The notes below the pieces were generated by a model, which was not told the DNA's origin, did no database searches, and worked only from the letters and a program-made list of their open reading frames with translations. From Azolla caroliniana (Eukaryota > Plantae > Polypodiophyta), in assembly GCA_043228905.1 (NCBI GenBank), contig JBHGNT010000009.1:17112001-17176000 (forward strand): a stretch of 64,000 nucleotides of DNA, read 5' to 3'. Shown here one piece after another: positions 62,992-64,000 of the stretch. Numbering within the stretch: position 1 is the first letter of the stretch; each line of letters begins with the position of its first letter. A program made the position numbers and the translations under genes.

Positions 62992-64000
62992 ATAGTCGCT
63001 GGGTTAGGCATTCAGAGGCTTGCCATGGAATCTTCAAAAATCATAACTATCAAGCAAGCTTTAGTGAAAGACCTACACAATCGGGCTAATTTGTAATGTG
63101 GGATAGTATAGCATATTGATGAACCTACTCATATAAGTTTTTCATCTAGCATTTCAACAAGTTAAGTGTAAGCTTTTGATACACAAACAATTTCCACAAA
63201 GTCTTGCTTGAATGTGAATATCTATTGGTTCCAATTGGTTCCTTGCCTCACGAAGTTGATAAGGAACGCCTTCTTGTCATACATGAAGTCATGAAATGTT
63301 CTATTTGGGAGGGTTTGAAACCATACATTAGCTTGGTCTTCAAGGGTGAGCTTGAAGGTGGCTACCCACGTGCCATCAATGATGAGCTAATAATTAAACG
63401 TGATACATTTGAAACACTCTAGTGGTCATAAGTGTCTCCATATCAAAATCGTGGGACAAATTGACTAATTTGAGTAGTGTTACCAGTTTTATTTGTTGAT
63501 CTTGGCATGGGAACTAATGTTTGTTTCTCCTTCTCCATCAAGGATATTAACATTTCTATCGACTTTCGAGCTATACATAGCCCCGAGTTGGTTTCTAGCA
63601 TTAGCTTTGGATTCTCACATCGAATTTGTCCACTATCTCTCTTACATGAGATTTCCTCAGGTAGACCTCTTTGAGTGTTACCCAACTGATTAGTGTGTGG
63701 GTATGAATCGTGCCTATTTTGGGGTGGACTTTGCCCTTTTTGTCTTTTTAGCTCGTTGTGAATGACGAACAAACATTTGAGGAGTGCATCTCATGCTAAC
63801 TTACATTCCTAGATTACAACCTCTATCTCTTAGGTCACGGCCTCCAACCTCGTTCTCTTGATGAAGTGGATTGCCCATATTTCTATTTTGTTTTCTATGG
63901 CATTGAGCTCCTCGAGGACGTATAATCCCTTGTGTTTTAGAAATCACTTGCCACTAAAAGCAAGGAGGAGAAAAAGTTTTGTTATATTGTTATTATATTA

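Overview
Eukaryotic, land-plant nuclear DNA; Tcn1-type chromoviruses suggest a non-seed plant, but this is inference. About 1-54 kb is a deep nest of LTR retrotransposons (Ty3/gypsy and Ty1/copia), many of whose ends I could delimit from TG..CA termini, primer-binding sites (PBS), polypurine tracts (PPT) and target-site duplications (TSD). It includes one intact, young copia element (22599-27941, single 1357-aa Gag-Pol ORF). The only host gene is a 7-exon cytosolic ribosomal protein L17/uL22 gene (58663-60611), which the ORF track misses. The most unusual structure is 12103-19881: two non-identical copies of a non-autonomous gypsy element joined tail-to-tail through what look like unprocessed U5 cDNA ends, with a single 5-bp TSD (CTGGG) around the pair. 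Other oddities are a 147-bp LTR-like unit with 46-bp terminal inverted repeats followed by a PBS and an antisense coiled-coil ORF, an extra post-integrase ORF in a gypsy element, copy-number-variable minisatellites and a covarying U5 hairpin in copia LTRs, and a Sola-like transposase remnant. Coordinates were counted by eye, and lineage names come from motif recall rather than database searches.
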